A stretch of DNA of 64,000 nucleotides from Sphagnum compactum (Eukaryota). The position numbers and the translations under genes were made by a program. Position 1 is the stretch's first letter; the number at the start of each line of letters is the position of its first letter. The DNA lies in the NCBI GenBank assembly GCA_965153455.1, contig OZ234493.1:20636213-20700212 (forward strand), given 5' to 3'. Shown piece by piece: positions 1 through 10,959 of the stretch. The notes beneath the pieces were generated by a model. That model did not search any database, was not told where the DNA came from, and saw only the letters and a list, made by a program, of their open reading frames with translations.

Positions 1-430
1 CCTACAAATCTTGTGAATTTTGATGACTTAATTTCATGAAACAAAACTCAATTTCATTCACTTTTATGGTATTCATTCACATTGGGGATGAAACAAGGAT
101 GAAAGGGCAAAACTAAGGCCCAAAGACAGGATGATTTTTGAGATAGCTACTTCATTGCTATCTATCACTAATGAGCCACTTTGTGTTTTAAATCTGTTTG
201 TAACTATTCAAGCCTAATACAAGCCAGAATGAACCAGCACCCACCAGTGCACCATCCAATGGATGGATGCCCCTTATGACTCAGTTGTGGATGTTCATCC
301 TGAGTTCATCCACAAGTGAGTTATTCTATGGTTTCACCTGGGTAACCCCTTTCTGTTAAAAAAATAGGTACTCTATATATATATGTAGGAACACAGGTAG
401 GGTTTAGGGTTTAGGGTTTAGGTTACCAAG

Positions 431-620
431 GCAAGAAGGATATCGTGTTTAGATTCATTATTGAGTATATTACACCTTAAGGGATTTTGGCCCCTAGGTA
501 ATAATAATAATAATAATAGGTCTATTTTTTTATATGAGGATTTTTTTGTGAAAGATGGTATTTTGGCAAACTTGAGATTAGTTATTATAGAGTTATAATA
601 ATAGCTTGAAGGAGTTTGGT
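431..620. repeat. ~180-bp direct repeat, copy 1 (copy 2 at 6951-7130)
   Basis: Shared blocks GTGTTTAGATTCATTAT.GAGTATAT, CTTAAGGGATTTTGGCCCC(C)TAGGTAAT, TAGGTCTATTTTTATATGAGGATTTTT, AAACTTGAGATTA, CTTGAAGGA. Confidence 0.85.
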
Positions 621-1950
621 TTTGTTAAGAGGATTGCTTTGAAGATTAATAATATTTTTGCATGGTGAAATAATATTTGAGTTTCCATAATTCTTCTTTT
701 GCCTTAAGAGACTTGTTAATGTGAATGGCAAGGCCACAATGTGATGCACCCCCTTGTTGGACAAAGAACACAAAGTTTGTTATTGTAGTTGTCACTTCTC
801 AATGACACAAAAGTGTGTATATTTATCCAAACCAAACCCATACGAATGTTCTACACATAAGGCCACCCCATCACACCCCCCCCCCTCTCCCTTTCCCCAC
901 ATGTACGTGTGAATAAAACCACCATGCCTTTTGTTGTTCCAACCAAAGGTTCACAAAGAATAAGAAGTTTCTTTAAAAGGATCTTGAGCTTGTTGTCTCT
1001 CGTATAGGGAAAACGACAACTTGAGCCGATGATGGAGCAATAAGCAATAACCTAGTAGTAGAAGCAATCGGTTACCCAATTCAATTTATACCTTACAAGT
1101 CTTCATGAACACTCTTACCTCCAAATAGAGAGAGTTTTGGTCCTTTCTGAAACATGATCACCAAGTTCTCACTCATCTTCTTGTAGTTGCCCTTAACCCA
1201 AGTACCTACCTGGTCATGTTCTAAATGCTCCTTACTACTACTACTACTACTTCCTAGCTGAAAACTGGGGGGGGGTTTAGCTTCAATGTGAAGAGCTCGG
1301 GGCTGATTTGGTTGTCCCTTTGGAGTAGTTCTTCAGTGTGCATTGGTTAGGCCAGCAGAGGGAACCTTGCTCTTTAGAATGTTCCCATCACTTTTAACAC
1401 CAAGGGAACTTACTATTTACGCCTATTTTAATGGGCCCTTGGTGATGGATTCTGCCAGGCTCATGGCTACTAGACTTGTCCTATGGGGCTTGCCTTGTGA
1501 CCAATTGGCCAATTGCCCGAGAGAATCGGCCACCCAAGGGCCCAATCACTAGTCCTTAGTGGTGAAAAAATTTACCCGAATTTTTGGAAGAAAATCCATG
1601 CCTCTCCTTCGGAATTACCTTGGGAAAACTACCCCCCCCCCCCCTCTTCACCTCCTTAACTGTGGTCTTCCTCACCAAAATATTGGTTAGAAAAGGGGGG
1701 TGGGGGGGGAGAGGGACCATTCTATTTCCTGAATTTGCAGAAACCTACCAATTACGAACCCGAGTGCACATTCTGGTCAGTGGAGAGGTTACAGACAGTC
1801 GGGGAACCGCCACGTGCTAGACGGCCATGCATGCGAGAACAACAGTGAGTTGGCCAAGTGTGAACGGGGAGTTAGCGGCAATGGCTGACTGCTAAGCCGT
1901 CACAGCGGCTAATAAGTTTTGAGACATGGAACGTGCCGCAGTAGTGAGCG

Positions 1951-2270
1951 AGGTCCTGGTGGGTTTGTCACCTGGGAAAAAGGACCTGAGAAAAGGCCAT
2001 TTCCTGTGTGACGCAAGTTTTGAGCAGCAACAGGCGAGCCAGGTCCTGGTTGGGTTGTCACGTGGAAAAAAAAAGGACCTGAGAAAAGGGGTCCTTGTTT
2101 TGGTCCTACTGGGTGGTTGTCACCTGGAAAAAGGACCTAAGAAAAGGCCTTGGCTTTGGTCCGGGTGGTTGGTTGTCACCTGCAAAAAGGACCTGAGGAA
2201 AAGCAAGGGGTCTCTTGGCTTTGGTCCTGGTGGTTGGTTTGTCACCTGGAAAAGGGACCTGAGAAAAGGT
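1951..2270. repeat. Five imperfect ~50-60 bp repeats upstream of PLATZ
   Basis: Unit GGTCCTGGT(G/T)GG(T)TTGTCACCTGGAAAAAGGACCTGAGAAAAGG at ~1951, 2041, 2102, 2158 and 2223. Confidence 0.85.
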
Positions 2271-3107
2271 CTTGGGTATTTTAAAATTTTTTCGGGCAGG
2301 GCAGTCCAGGGACGAACAGTCCGTCGTTCGGTCCGTCGGTCGTCGCCTTGACGACACAAGCAAGCTTGGCTGCCCAGAGCTTCTTCCCCCATCGCTCCTT
2401 CCTCGTATCTCTTCTCTCTCTCTCCCTCCGTCTCTCCCTCCCCCACTCTCTCTCTTACTCTCGTCGTGTCTTCACGCTTCCCAGAGAAAGAGAAGACGAA
2501 AATTTCCTCTTGTCTACAGTCGGACTACAATCTCTCTTCTGACTCCTGTTGAAAAGTTTGCTCTTTTTGGAAGTTTCTTTGGGTGGTTCTTGCAGCTTCT
2601 GAAACTTCTTCGCTCTCGTTTATGCTTTGCGTTTTCCCCGCAGAATTCGTCTTCTTCACGGTGTAACGCCACTTCGGGAAATCTTTTCGGGTCTCCATTG
2701 CCCTCTCTCTCTCTTTCTCTCTCTTTCGTGTCCCCATTTGCGATTAAAAGTTTCCTTTTTGGTTAGTGCTTTTTGGGTCTTTTCCTTTTTCTCTTTTGGG
2801 TTTGAATTTCGTGTTGGTGAAGCAAAATTGCGAGGAAAATGAAACTAGCTTCTACAACAATGTGTGGTTTGCAGTGTTTTCGCAAGGCTTTTGTGTTGTG
2901 GGTCTTGTCCTAGACTAGTTTCTGCTTGTTTTTGTGTAGAATTTTCCGGCATTTGGGTGTGTTGGGTATTTGTGGCCATTTCAGGATCAGTATTTGCAAG
3001 CATTTGGAGTTCAGGATCAAGCAATTTGTGTTGAGGGACAGGACAGAGACAGAGACAGAGAGCCCACACACACAACGAGAAGAACAGAGGTAGGCACAGG
3101 GAGCGCA

Positions 3108-4178
3108 ATGGTGGTGGGTGGGAAATTCGGGCACAGGGAGGGACCGCCATGGTTGGCAAAGCTGCTGTCGATCGCAGAGTTTTTCGGGCATTGCAAGACG
3201 CATCTCACGGGGAGGAATGAGAAGAATCACTTCTGTTTCGACTGTCAGAGAGGGCCGCTATGTCCCGTGGGAGTGGCGGAGTCGCACGCGGGCCATGCGA
3301 CGGTGCAAATCCGCAAGGCATCGCACAGGGACGTGGTGAGAGTAGTCGACATTCACAAGCTCCTGGATTTCTCCAACATCCAGCTCTATACCATCAACTC
3401 TGCCAAGATCCTGTTTCTGCAGAGCAAAAAACCCCCGCAGCAGGCGCCGAAGATGATCAAAGGAGGAGGCGGCGGCTCCTCAGGAGGGCTACCAGCACCG
3501 CATTACTGCCATACTTGTCAACGCAGCATTGCCGATCCTGTCCGCTTCTGTTCTCTCCTTTGCAAGCTCACTGGAGTCCGCCAAAACACCCACGATTTCA
3601 CCCTCTCCTTTACGTTACAAGCCGGCTCTGAGGGCGGCGGCGGCGGCGGTACTATGAGCGGAGGATCAAGCCATGGATTGGAAGCTGCTGGAAACAGCAC
3701 TCTCGCGGATTTCTACTACCCGACGACACCCAAATCTAGAGCCAGGAAAGGGACGACTCACATGAGCAACAACGACGAGTCGTCGGCAAGCAAGAACAAG
3801 AACAAGAAGAAGAGGAAGGCGCTGTTGTTGGGTAGTGTGGGACTGGGATCATCAGCTCCTCATGGCAGTGATCAACAACAACTACTGTATACCGACGGAA
3901 ATAGTCTCGCTGCAGCACATCAACAACAACAACAACAGTCGACGCTATCGCCATCATCATCATCGCTGCTCAATGTGCGGCGGCGGCCGTCTCCTCGGGC
4001 TCAGGAGCTGCCGGAATTCCAACAGGCATTGTCGGAATTCCAACAGCTTCTCAACAGTCCATCCAGGAGTCTTGTTGTTACAGGACCTTCGACTCCCAAG
4101 GGTAGAGAATTGCGGCCGAGCACATGCAGGGTTCGGCACAGGAAACAGGTGCATCCTCTCCGAGCACCTCTTTTCTGA
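3108..4178 (+). CDS. PLATZ: PLATZ-family zinc-binding transcription factor, single coding exon, 356 aa
   Basis: ATG at 3108 is in frame with ORF 2970..4178, whose listed start is a GTG. The protein has the PLATZ hallmarks: PPWL..LL...FF..C, C-x2-H-x10-C-x2-C-x5-C-x2-G-x4-H-x2-H, QIRKASHRDVVRV, IQLYTINSAKILFL, C-x2-C-x10-C-x3-C (CHTC...FCSLLCKL), and a C-terminal RHRKQVHPLRAP resembling the PLATZ RRKG.P.RAP motif. Confidence 0.93.
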   Translation: MVVGGKFGHREGPPWLAKLLSIAEFFGHCKTHLTGRNEKNHFCFDCQRGPLCPVGVAESHAGHATVQIRKASHRDVVRVVDIHKLLDFSNIQLYTINSAKILFLQSKKPPQQAPKMIKGGGGGSSGGLPAPHYCHTCQRSIADPVRFCSLLCKLTGVRQNTHDFTLSFTLQAGSEGGGGGGTMSGGSSHGLEAAGNSTLADFYYPTTPKSRARKGTTHMSNNDESSASKNKNKKKRKALLLGSVGLGSSAPHGSDQQQLLYTDGNSLAAAHQQQQQQSTLSPSSSSLLNVRRRPSPRAQELPEFQQALSEFQQLLNSPSRSLVVTGPSTPKGRELRPSTCRVRHRKQVHPLRAPLF

Positions 4179-4215
4179 TCCATCTACCCAGGAAAGAATT
4201 CCCTGGACTTTTGTC

Positions 4216-4454
4216 GGAGCTCAGGAGTGGGATGGATTTTGGTGGAGCTCAAGAATGGATTTTGGAGCAGCTCAGGATTGGGATGGATTTTGGTGGGGCT
4301 CAAGAATGGATTTTGGAGGAGCTCAAGAATGGACTTTGGAGCAGCTCAGGAATGGATTTTGGTGGAGCTCGAGAATGGGATTTTGGTGTGGAGTTCAGGA
4401 ATGGATTTTGGGGATCTTGGGGTGGAGCTCAGGAATGGGATTTTGGTGGAGCTC
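4216..4454. repeat. ~23-bp minisatellite, about 10 copies, just 3' of the PLATZ stop codon
   Basis: Consensus GGAGCTCAGGAATGGATTTTGGT, with variants of 23-28 bp. Confidence 0.9.
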
Positions 4455-6950
4455 TCTCTCAAGCTCAGAAGTAACCCTGTTGGAGGTGGTGGTGGTGGTG
4501 ATTCAAGTGCAATGGTGTACCTACTTAGCACAAACATGGGCGCTTCTGCAACACAGGGAGCACATGCACAATAGTACCAAAATTGCAACGATTTTTACTA
4601 CCACGTCTTCTTCTAGGTGATTTTTCTTCTGTCATGTCTTCTTGAACTGCAATTTCTTGATTAATTGATTGATTGATGAAGGTGGCTACATCTATAATTG
4701 TGTTCTTCATAAATCTTGGAGCAAAACAATGGCACAAATGGCATACAATGCAGAGTAAAAACATTGGCCTGAATGGCATCAAATGCACAGCAAAACAATG
4801 GTGTGAATGGCCTCAATTCTCTTACTTTGTCTCACTGTTGTCTGAGTCCTCAGTATTTTATTTTTTCTTGGATCTCCAATTGCTTCTTCACACCATATCT
4901 GGCTTAGGTCTTTGATTTCCGTTGGTCCTTTGTCACTTAGGTTTGCCAGCAGTTGTTGTGGTACCTACCACCTGGTAATAGTTGAGGACAATTGAAGGTG
5001 CTACCTTATTTTCTCAGAGGCGAATTTTTAAGCTTTTGAATTAGCAGCATTCGAGAGAGATGATTTTGTGTTTGCTGATTAGTGTGTGTAATTTCATTTT
5101 GCAGGTGAACTGATTAGTAGGAGGGGAAACCCCAAAAGAAGTAGGAGTTGTTATTACCTATACTGGTGAGGGATTTGAGGCCAATGGAGAAAGATTTTGA
5201 GAGCGTAAGATTTGCTTCCTACAAGGCTCATACAAAAAATACACGAACAAAGAAAGCCAATGATGGTCAATCAAGAGATACCGTGAGTGAGTGAGTGAGT
5301 GAGTGAGTGCACTGCCCCCGCCCTAATTTAAGTACCATAATGTACAGTTTGGGATTTTGCAAAATAGTTTTGCAGCAAACCCGCAACAATGCAATATTTA
5401 GTCTGTTTCATGAGGAAATGAGATTTTCTTTACTTAATTTTTGTGGACAGATGGAAACGCAATCTGGCCACTAAACATGTATATATTACTTATAGAAACT
5501 GGGTCCTTAAAACCTGCAAGGAGGCAAGGGTTACCCTTACATCTTTCTACATCAAACTGACATCGCAATAGTTTTATTTGAATTCCTATATAGGCCCAGA
5601 CTCAATCTCAGTGGAAAAGCATTGTTCAAAGAGCATTTGAAGGAGACGAGTGCGGGTTGTAAAATATTAAGCTCTGCTTAGGTTAATCTGCTTTAAGGCC
5701 AAATCCTTGGAATGCCAAAAAGCATGCTTGTATATACTTTGCTACAGAGTATAAAATGGTGATAATTGTTTAATGCATTTACTGTAGTGTGTTTGCTTTC
5801 TGCTGGTGTGGGACTTCTTTTTTCCCTCTTAGGAATTGGTGATGGAACTGTGGTTCTTATTGTTGTTGCTTCACTTTTCAGTCAGCTATGAGCTTGCAGA
5901 TGTCTTGTCAAGCTGGAACGAGTACCTAGCTCTTAAGGGAATATGAATTTTAACATTGGTACAAAGAACTGCACAGCTGACAATCATATCCGAGAGGTGT
6001 TCCCCAGTCTATAGTCTTGTAAATTTGTTGGGGGATTTGGAAAATGGATCCTTCGAGGTGGGTGGGTGTGTATGCCTCTGATATTCCTTCCATTACTTGC
6101 GTTGTTTTCCAGGTTTGTTTGCAGTTCACCACACATTTCATCTAGTCTGTTGCTCTTGTCAGGGAAGAGAGCACAACCGCAGTGTGTGTTGTAATGCATG
6201 AATTTGATTTTGTGCTTGCATGTGCGTTTGTGTTGCACAAGTTTGAAATCAGTTTCTATTTGATCCTACCACTGGACCTGATTGGGCATGTTATGTGAAA
6301 AAAGGTAATCTACATTCAACATGATCTAATACACACCCAAAAATAAATAAATCACCTTTTGGAAATTATTTTGTTGCTTCTTCTCCACGAAAAACTTGAT
6401 TCATGTTTAGTCCTTTGTAAGCACGGTACATGTTGAGACTGGAGAATCTCATATGTACAACCATGAAACACACCTGCAAGAAGGTATGTGTGATTCATTC
6501 AACTATGGTTTGCTCAGCACGATTTGCAAGAATTATTGTTGATTTTGAAAACTTGAAACACAAACTTAATCTGGAGTAATTCGGAGTCAAAGCCTCAAAA
6601 TTCTATACACATATAATGTTCTCTGATTCTCTACTCTCTCTCTCTCTTCTTACTCTTTCTGTTCACTTTTGTTTCTTTTTCCTTTTTGTTGTTTCCTTTT
6701 CTTGGGGTTAATAAGCTCTTTGCAACACGTCGATGTTTGATACTACCCTACACCCAGTTGATATCTTCTCATATCAATGTCAATTCTTTACCTTTCCTGG
6801 TATTATTATTGTCTTTGAATCATGTATGATATACTGCTGTGGTTGTCAAAAAAATCAACGAAATTAATTTATAACTAAGATTCTCAAGAAATGTAAAGGA
6901 CCCATTCTGATATATAACCGCCGTAGTTCTCAAACACATATAACAACATG

Positions 6951-7130
6951 CAAGGATATTGTTGTGTTTAGATTCATTATAGAGTATATAGTAGCTTAAG
7001 GGATTTTGGCCCCCCTAGGTAATGAATACTAGGTCTATTTTTATATGAGGATTTTTGAAATATGATATTTTGGCTTGTGTCAAAACTTGAGATTATCTTA
7101 TAAAGTTATGATATCTTGAAGGATTTGGGC
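6951..7130. repeat. ~180-bp direct repeat, copy 2 (copy 1 at 431-620)
   Basis: Collinear with 431-620 in the same orientation. Confidence 0.85.
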
Positions 7131-8365
7131 TCAACAATTCTTGTAACAACCAAGAACTTGCCAACACTAGTAACTTGTCAGTTCATCATGCAAGGTAATG
7201 GATGTCAACCCACTATGTCAACCTAGAAAATGAGTTATGCCCTACTAACCCATGCCCATGCAAGTTCATGGATTAAGCTCACTCCAAATGTGAAGGAATT
7301 TTTTTCGAAATGGTTTATTTCCAAAGTCTAACAACAAATTAAAACAAACATTTTATAGGTTCGAAGTTCAACAACGAATTAAAAATAATATTTAAATATA
7401 AACATTGGCCCACTTGTTAATTTTTCCAAAAAAATCAACTTGCCTACTTAACAAAAAAAAAGTTAACCTTGTGTTTTTTCACAATTCTAGTTTTAGTTCC
7501 AAACTTAGCAAAAGGCTAGTTCCACAATTCAATTCTTGTGTCAGTTCCAACAAGAGGGTGCTAGCTCAATTTTGGGTCACAAGAACTTGACCTTGAACCT
7601 TTAGATTTAACTCTACAAATAAACTACCCTCATGCGACATTAATTGTTTCTAACATTGTATTGGTATTGACTTTTGAAAATACCCAATTGAATTTATTAT
7701 TGGATCCAAGATTGATTATTGGCTAGTTTGGAACAAGTATATAAATGCTATTGATATTAATATAAGATTAATATGAGGCTAGTTATATTACCTAAGGTCC
7801 CTATTAAGTTGGTAAGAGTATAAGGTTGGCATTGCTTTAAATCATGCCAATTTGGTCAAGTTTTTCAATACCCAACCAAGATATATTTCAATGAAGATGT
7901 TTTTTCAAGACTAGAATTTAGTCGTTACTAGATTGCAACTAGGGTGGACTTGGTCCCAATCCTTGTTGACACCTTGGTCCTACCCAAGTCTAGATAAGTT
8001 TCACATATTAGAAGTCATGCATGTCTCATTGCATAGTTTTATTGAAAAGGAATAAAATTGAATAGCAATATTCATTCAAATTGTTTTATATTTTAACCAT
8101 AAATATAATAACATGTGTTTTACACAATGACACCAAATTTTGTGGAATTGATGTTAGAATTGTGAATTCTTTCATTAATAAAGATGATCGTATTAATTTT
8201 TTAATAATTAGGTTACATTCCAAAGTTAAACAGATGTGAAACTCATATTAAAAACAAATTAATTACACTATGGAGACAGAATCCAACAAGATACCTCAAA
8301 TCACACAAACCATTTGACAAGGTTTCAATAGAAAACCATAATTAAAACTTTTTTTAAATCACACA

Positions 8366-8370
<5 letters not shown>

Positions 8371-8402
<32 letters not shown>
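8371..8402. repeat. (TG)16 microsatellite
   Basis: Direct reading. Other simple repeats: (GAGT)n ~5283-5308, (AC)n ~24592-24613, (TACA)n ~25346-25370, (TA)n ~26075-26100, (CT)n ~35392-35422, (TAGG)n ~39708-39750, (GAT)n ~59337-59360. Confidence 0.95.
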
Positions 8403-8403
<1 letters not shown>

Positions 8404-8974
8404 ACACACTCGGGATTATTTAGTACAACCCACATAGTCAAGTGTACTAAGAGGACAAAGAAGAATCTACCAGACACTGAAATGGCATTATGTGAAGGCC
8501 ACCCTAAACCCTAAACCCTAAACCCACACTAGATGTTATGGTCGGGAGTCGGAAGCTTCTTCTGCCTCTGAAAGTAGAAATCATCAAGTGTTGGCAAGTT
8601 CAAGATACATAAGAGGTTCTCTGGCCAGGTCTAAGTTAGGTTTTACTGTAGAAACCTTCTTCGGTGTTGGCACAAATTCTTGACCATCACCACACAAACC
8701 AGCACTCAACCGTGCAAAGAAAATTGGGGAAGCGATGTGGGTTTGAATTACTTGCCATGAGGGGAGGAGAGGTGGGAATTAGGGCCTGGAGAACCATTAT
8801 ATGCGGCAAAGAGCTACTAGCAGTTGAACTGCAATGGACAATTAACAAAAGAAGACACAAACCAAACTGGGTTTCTCTCCAATTGTTCAGACTATTAAAA
8901 TGTCCTGCATGCTCATTTCCTTCTCGCAACAGGCTGCTTCCAGTATTCAAGTTTTGGTGAATTTCTCTTCCCTA

Positions 8975-9410
8975 GTAAGTGTGCACCTACGTAGTTCTCA
9001 TGAACGCATTCAAGATCTCAAGTATTATGAATTCAGTTTTCACAAAGTTTTCTTTGCTAGTAAGCTGTGCACAGTAGATTGAAATTTGTTATGGGTAGAA
9101 GAGATCTATCCATCTTCTACCCATCTTGACATCCAAGTACCTGCATAATATTTCTCATACAATTCAAGTCTTGGATACTTCCAGATCTCAAGCACATGCT
9201 GAACTTCAGCCCCAAAAAAAAAATTATTCGCTAATGCGTGCTGCATGCTTGCATGGATCTCAACCCATTTCATTCAAGTACCAGCTGCTGCATACATAGT
9301 TCTCAACCAATTCAAGTCCTGAATACTTAGATCTCAAGTAGTATTCAGTTTTGGCAAAAGCTGCATTCTTTGCATGTGTGTGCATGCCTCCATAGATCTC
9401 TCCAGCTTCA
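8975..9410. repeat. Three degenerate ~140-160 bp tandem units
   Basis: TTCTCA...ATTCAAG...AGATCTCAAG...TTCAG recurs with TTCTCA at ~8995, 9152 and 9300. Confidence 0.6.
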
Positions 9411-9497
9411 ACAATCTAACACAATTTCACAAGTTCCGTGATGTCATTACTTGTCTCTAGTCTCTAAATGAGCTTGATCCATTGTGATCTGCATACA

Positions 9498-10070
9498 AAC
9501 AAGAGTTATAGTATTTAGTGTACTAATATATAGAGGGTGTTCATTAGGCTTGTGTGTAGGTGTGAAGGAAAATTGTTATCGCTAATGAAATTGCCGGAAT
9601 TGCTAGTCTGAATTTATTTGTTATTTTGAGTGAACCAACAAGTGAAATGTGTAATAGGGTTTTTAAGGTTTGTGAGAATTTTAAACGACCAATGGAATTG
9701 GTGGAAAGGAATCATTATTTTCAATGTTTAGTAAAATAAGGTTGTGTGGGGGACATGAAGATTTTTTTTCTTTTCCAAGTTAATGGGATTGTTGGATTTG
9801 GTGGTTTGAATTTGTTTTGTTCATTATTTTGAGTGAACTAACAAACTAACAGTTGAATGTGTAATAGGGTTTATGAGAATTTTAGAGGACCAATGAAAAT
9901 GGTATAAAGGGACCCTTATTTTCAATGTTCAACAAAATAAGGTTGTGTGTAGACATGATGATTTATTTTTCCAAGCCAATGGGATTGTTGGATTTGGTAG
10001 TTTAAATTTTTTTTCTTAGTTATCTTGAATGAATTAACAAACTAACAATTAAATGTGTAATAAGGTTCTT
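9498..10070. repeat. Dispersed repeat family A, with an internal ~200-bp tandem duplication
   Basis: The reverse complement matches 30120-30490 and 39180-39505 (CAATTTCATT..ATAACA..TCACACCTACAC..CCTA.T.AA...GTACACTAA). The internal unit ATTTTGAGTGAAC..AATGTGTAATAGGGTTT..AAAATAAGGTTGTGTG..GGGATTGTTGGATTTGG occurs at ~9620 and ~9825, with a partial third copy. Confidence 0.8.
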
Positions 10071-10959
10071 GCACTTTACTTGTGCACTTTGTCAAACCAT
10101 TATTGTCTAATTATCCATAAACATTTCATCCATATTTAGATTTTTTTTAACTTTTGAGTAATTGGCGGCTCCATACACAACTACCAAATGCTTATCCTTA
10201 TATTTATATCTGGCTAAAAGGATTTAAACAAAATCAATATCTAGCCATAGGGTTTAGAAAATGTCACATATGCATTTTGGTTAAGGTTTAAGAAGAACTC
10301 GTCACTAGCTCAATTTTTGACACTTTGCACTTTCCTTGAACTTTGCTACAAGCTTGTATCTCACTCTTCACACTTTGTACTTTCTTTGAATTTTGTAACA
10401 ACCAGGTGCTTCACTTTTGGTTTTGATCTCAACTTTGCAACAATAGTGTGTTGCAGTTTTTCCTTCGAACTTTGGACCTTGTGTTTTTGTTGATTGGTTT
10501 CATTTGTGCTTCGAAGGAGGTTATTTTTTGAATTTTCTAGGTTATTTTTTTGTTATTTTTCTTTGCAATGTCCTTTGCTTTCTTGGCAAAGGACATTCAA
10601 GATGGGCCTTTGAATTTGTTGCTCAACAGTTTGAAGAGAGTTTAATGTTTGTTTATTTAAAACATTTTGCAATAGAAGTGAGCTTTACAATTCTCAACTT
10701 TTATTGTGTTTTTTTTGTGTTTTGGGAGCTTGAAGGTTGATTCTAGATGTTAGTTTTATGTGTTTAAGTACAATTTGTGTTTTCGATGGCTAAAAAGGAC
10801 AACTTTTATTTTATTGAAAAGGTGGGTGCAAAGTTGATGAAGATGTAAATCAATTATCCACACTCAAATGCCTACTTCTTCAATCTCAAATGTTGAAAGC
10901 GTGCACCTTCAACTTGATAACTTTTGAAACTTGCAGTTTTGAAACTTGGAGTTGTAGAA

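Noticed and set aside
1548..1781. CACTA...CAGTG ends with internal C-run/G-run symmetry, suggesting a CACTA MITE
   Set aside because: The terminal match is only 4-5 bp and there is no clear TSD.
2970..3107. 46-aa N-terminal extension of PLATZ in the ORF track
   Set aside because: It starts at GTG and runs through a GACAGA simple repeat. The first ATG (3108) gives a normal PLATZ N-terminus.
4217..4235. Resemblance of GAGCTCAGGAGTGGGAT to miR390
   Set aside because: Only a partial, same-sense match within a tandem repeat. There is no precursor hairpin and it is not a complementary target.
3835..4620. Overlapping ORFs of 261, 116 and 115 aa with MDFGGAQEW/ELKNGFW repeats
   Set aside because: These are translations of the 23-bp minisatellite and of alternative frames of PLATZ.
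5833..5890. IGDGTVVLIVVA after a splice acceptor, resembling the chaperonin GDGTT motif
   Set aside because: Five-residue match followed shortly by a stop, with no other chaperonin exons. More likely chance or PLATZ 3' UTR sequence.
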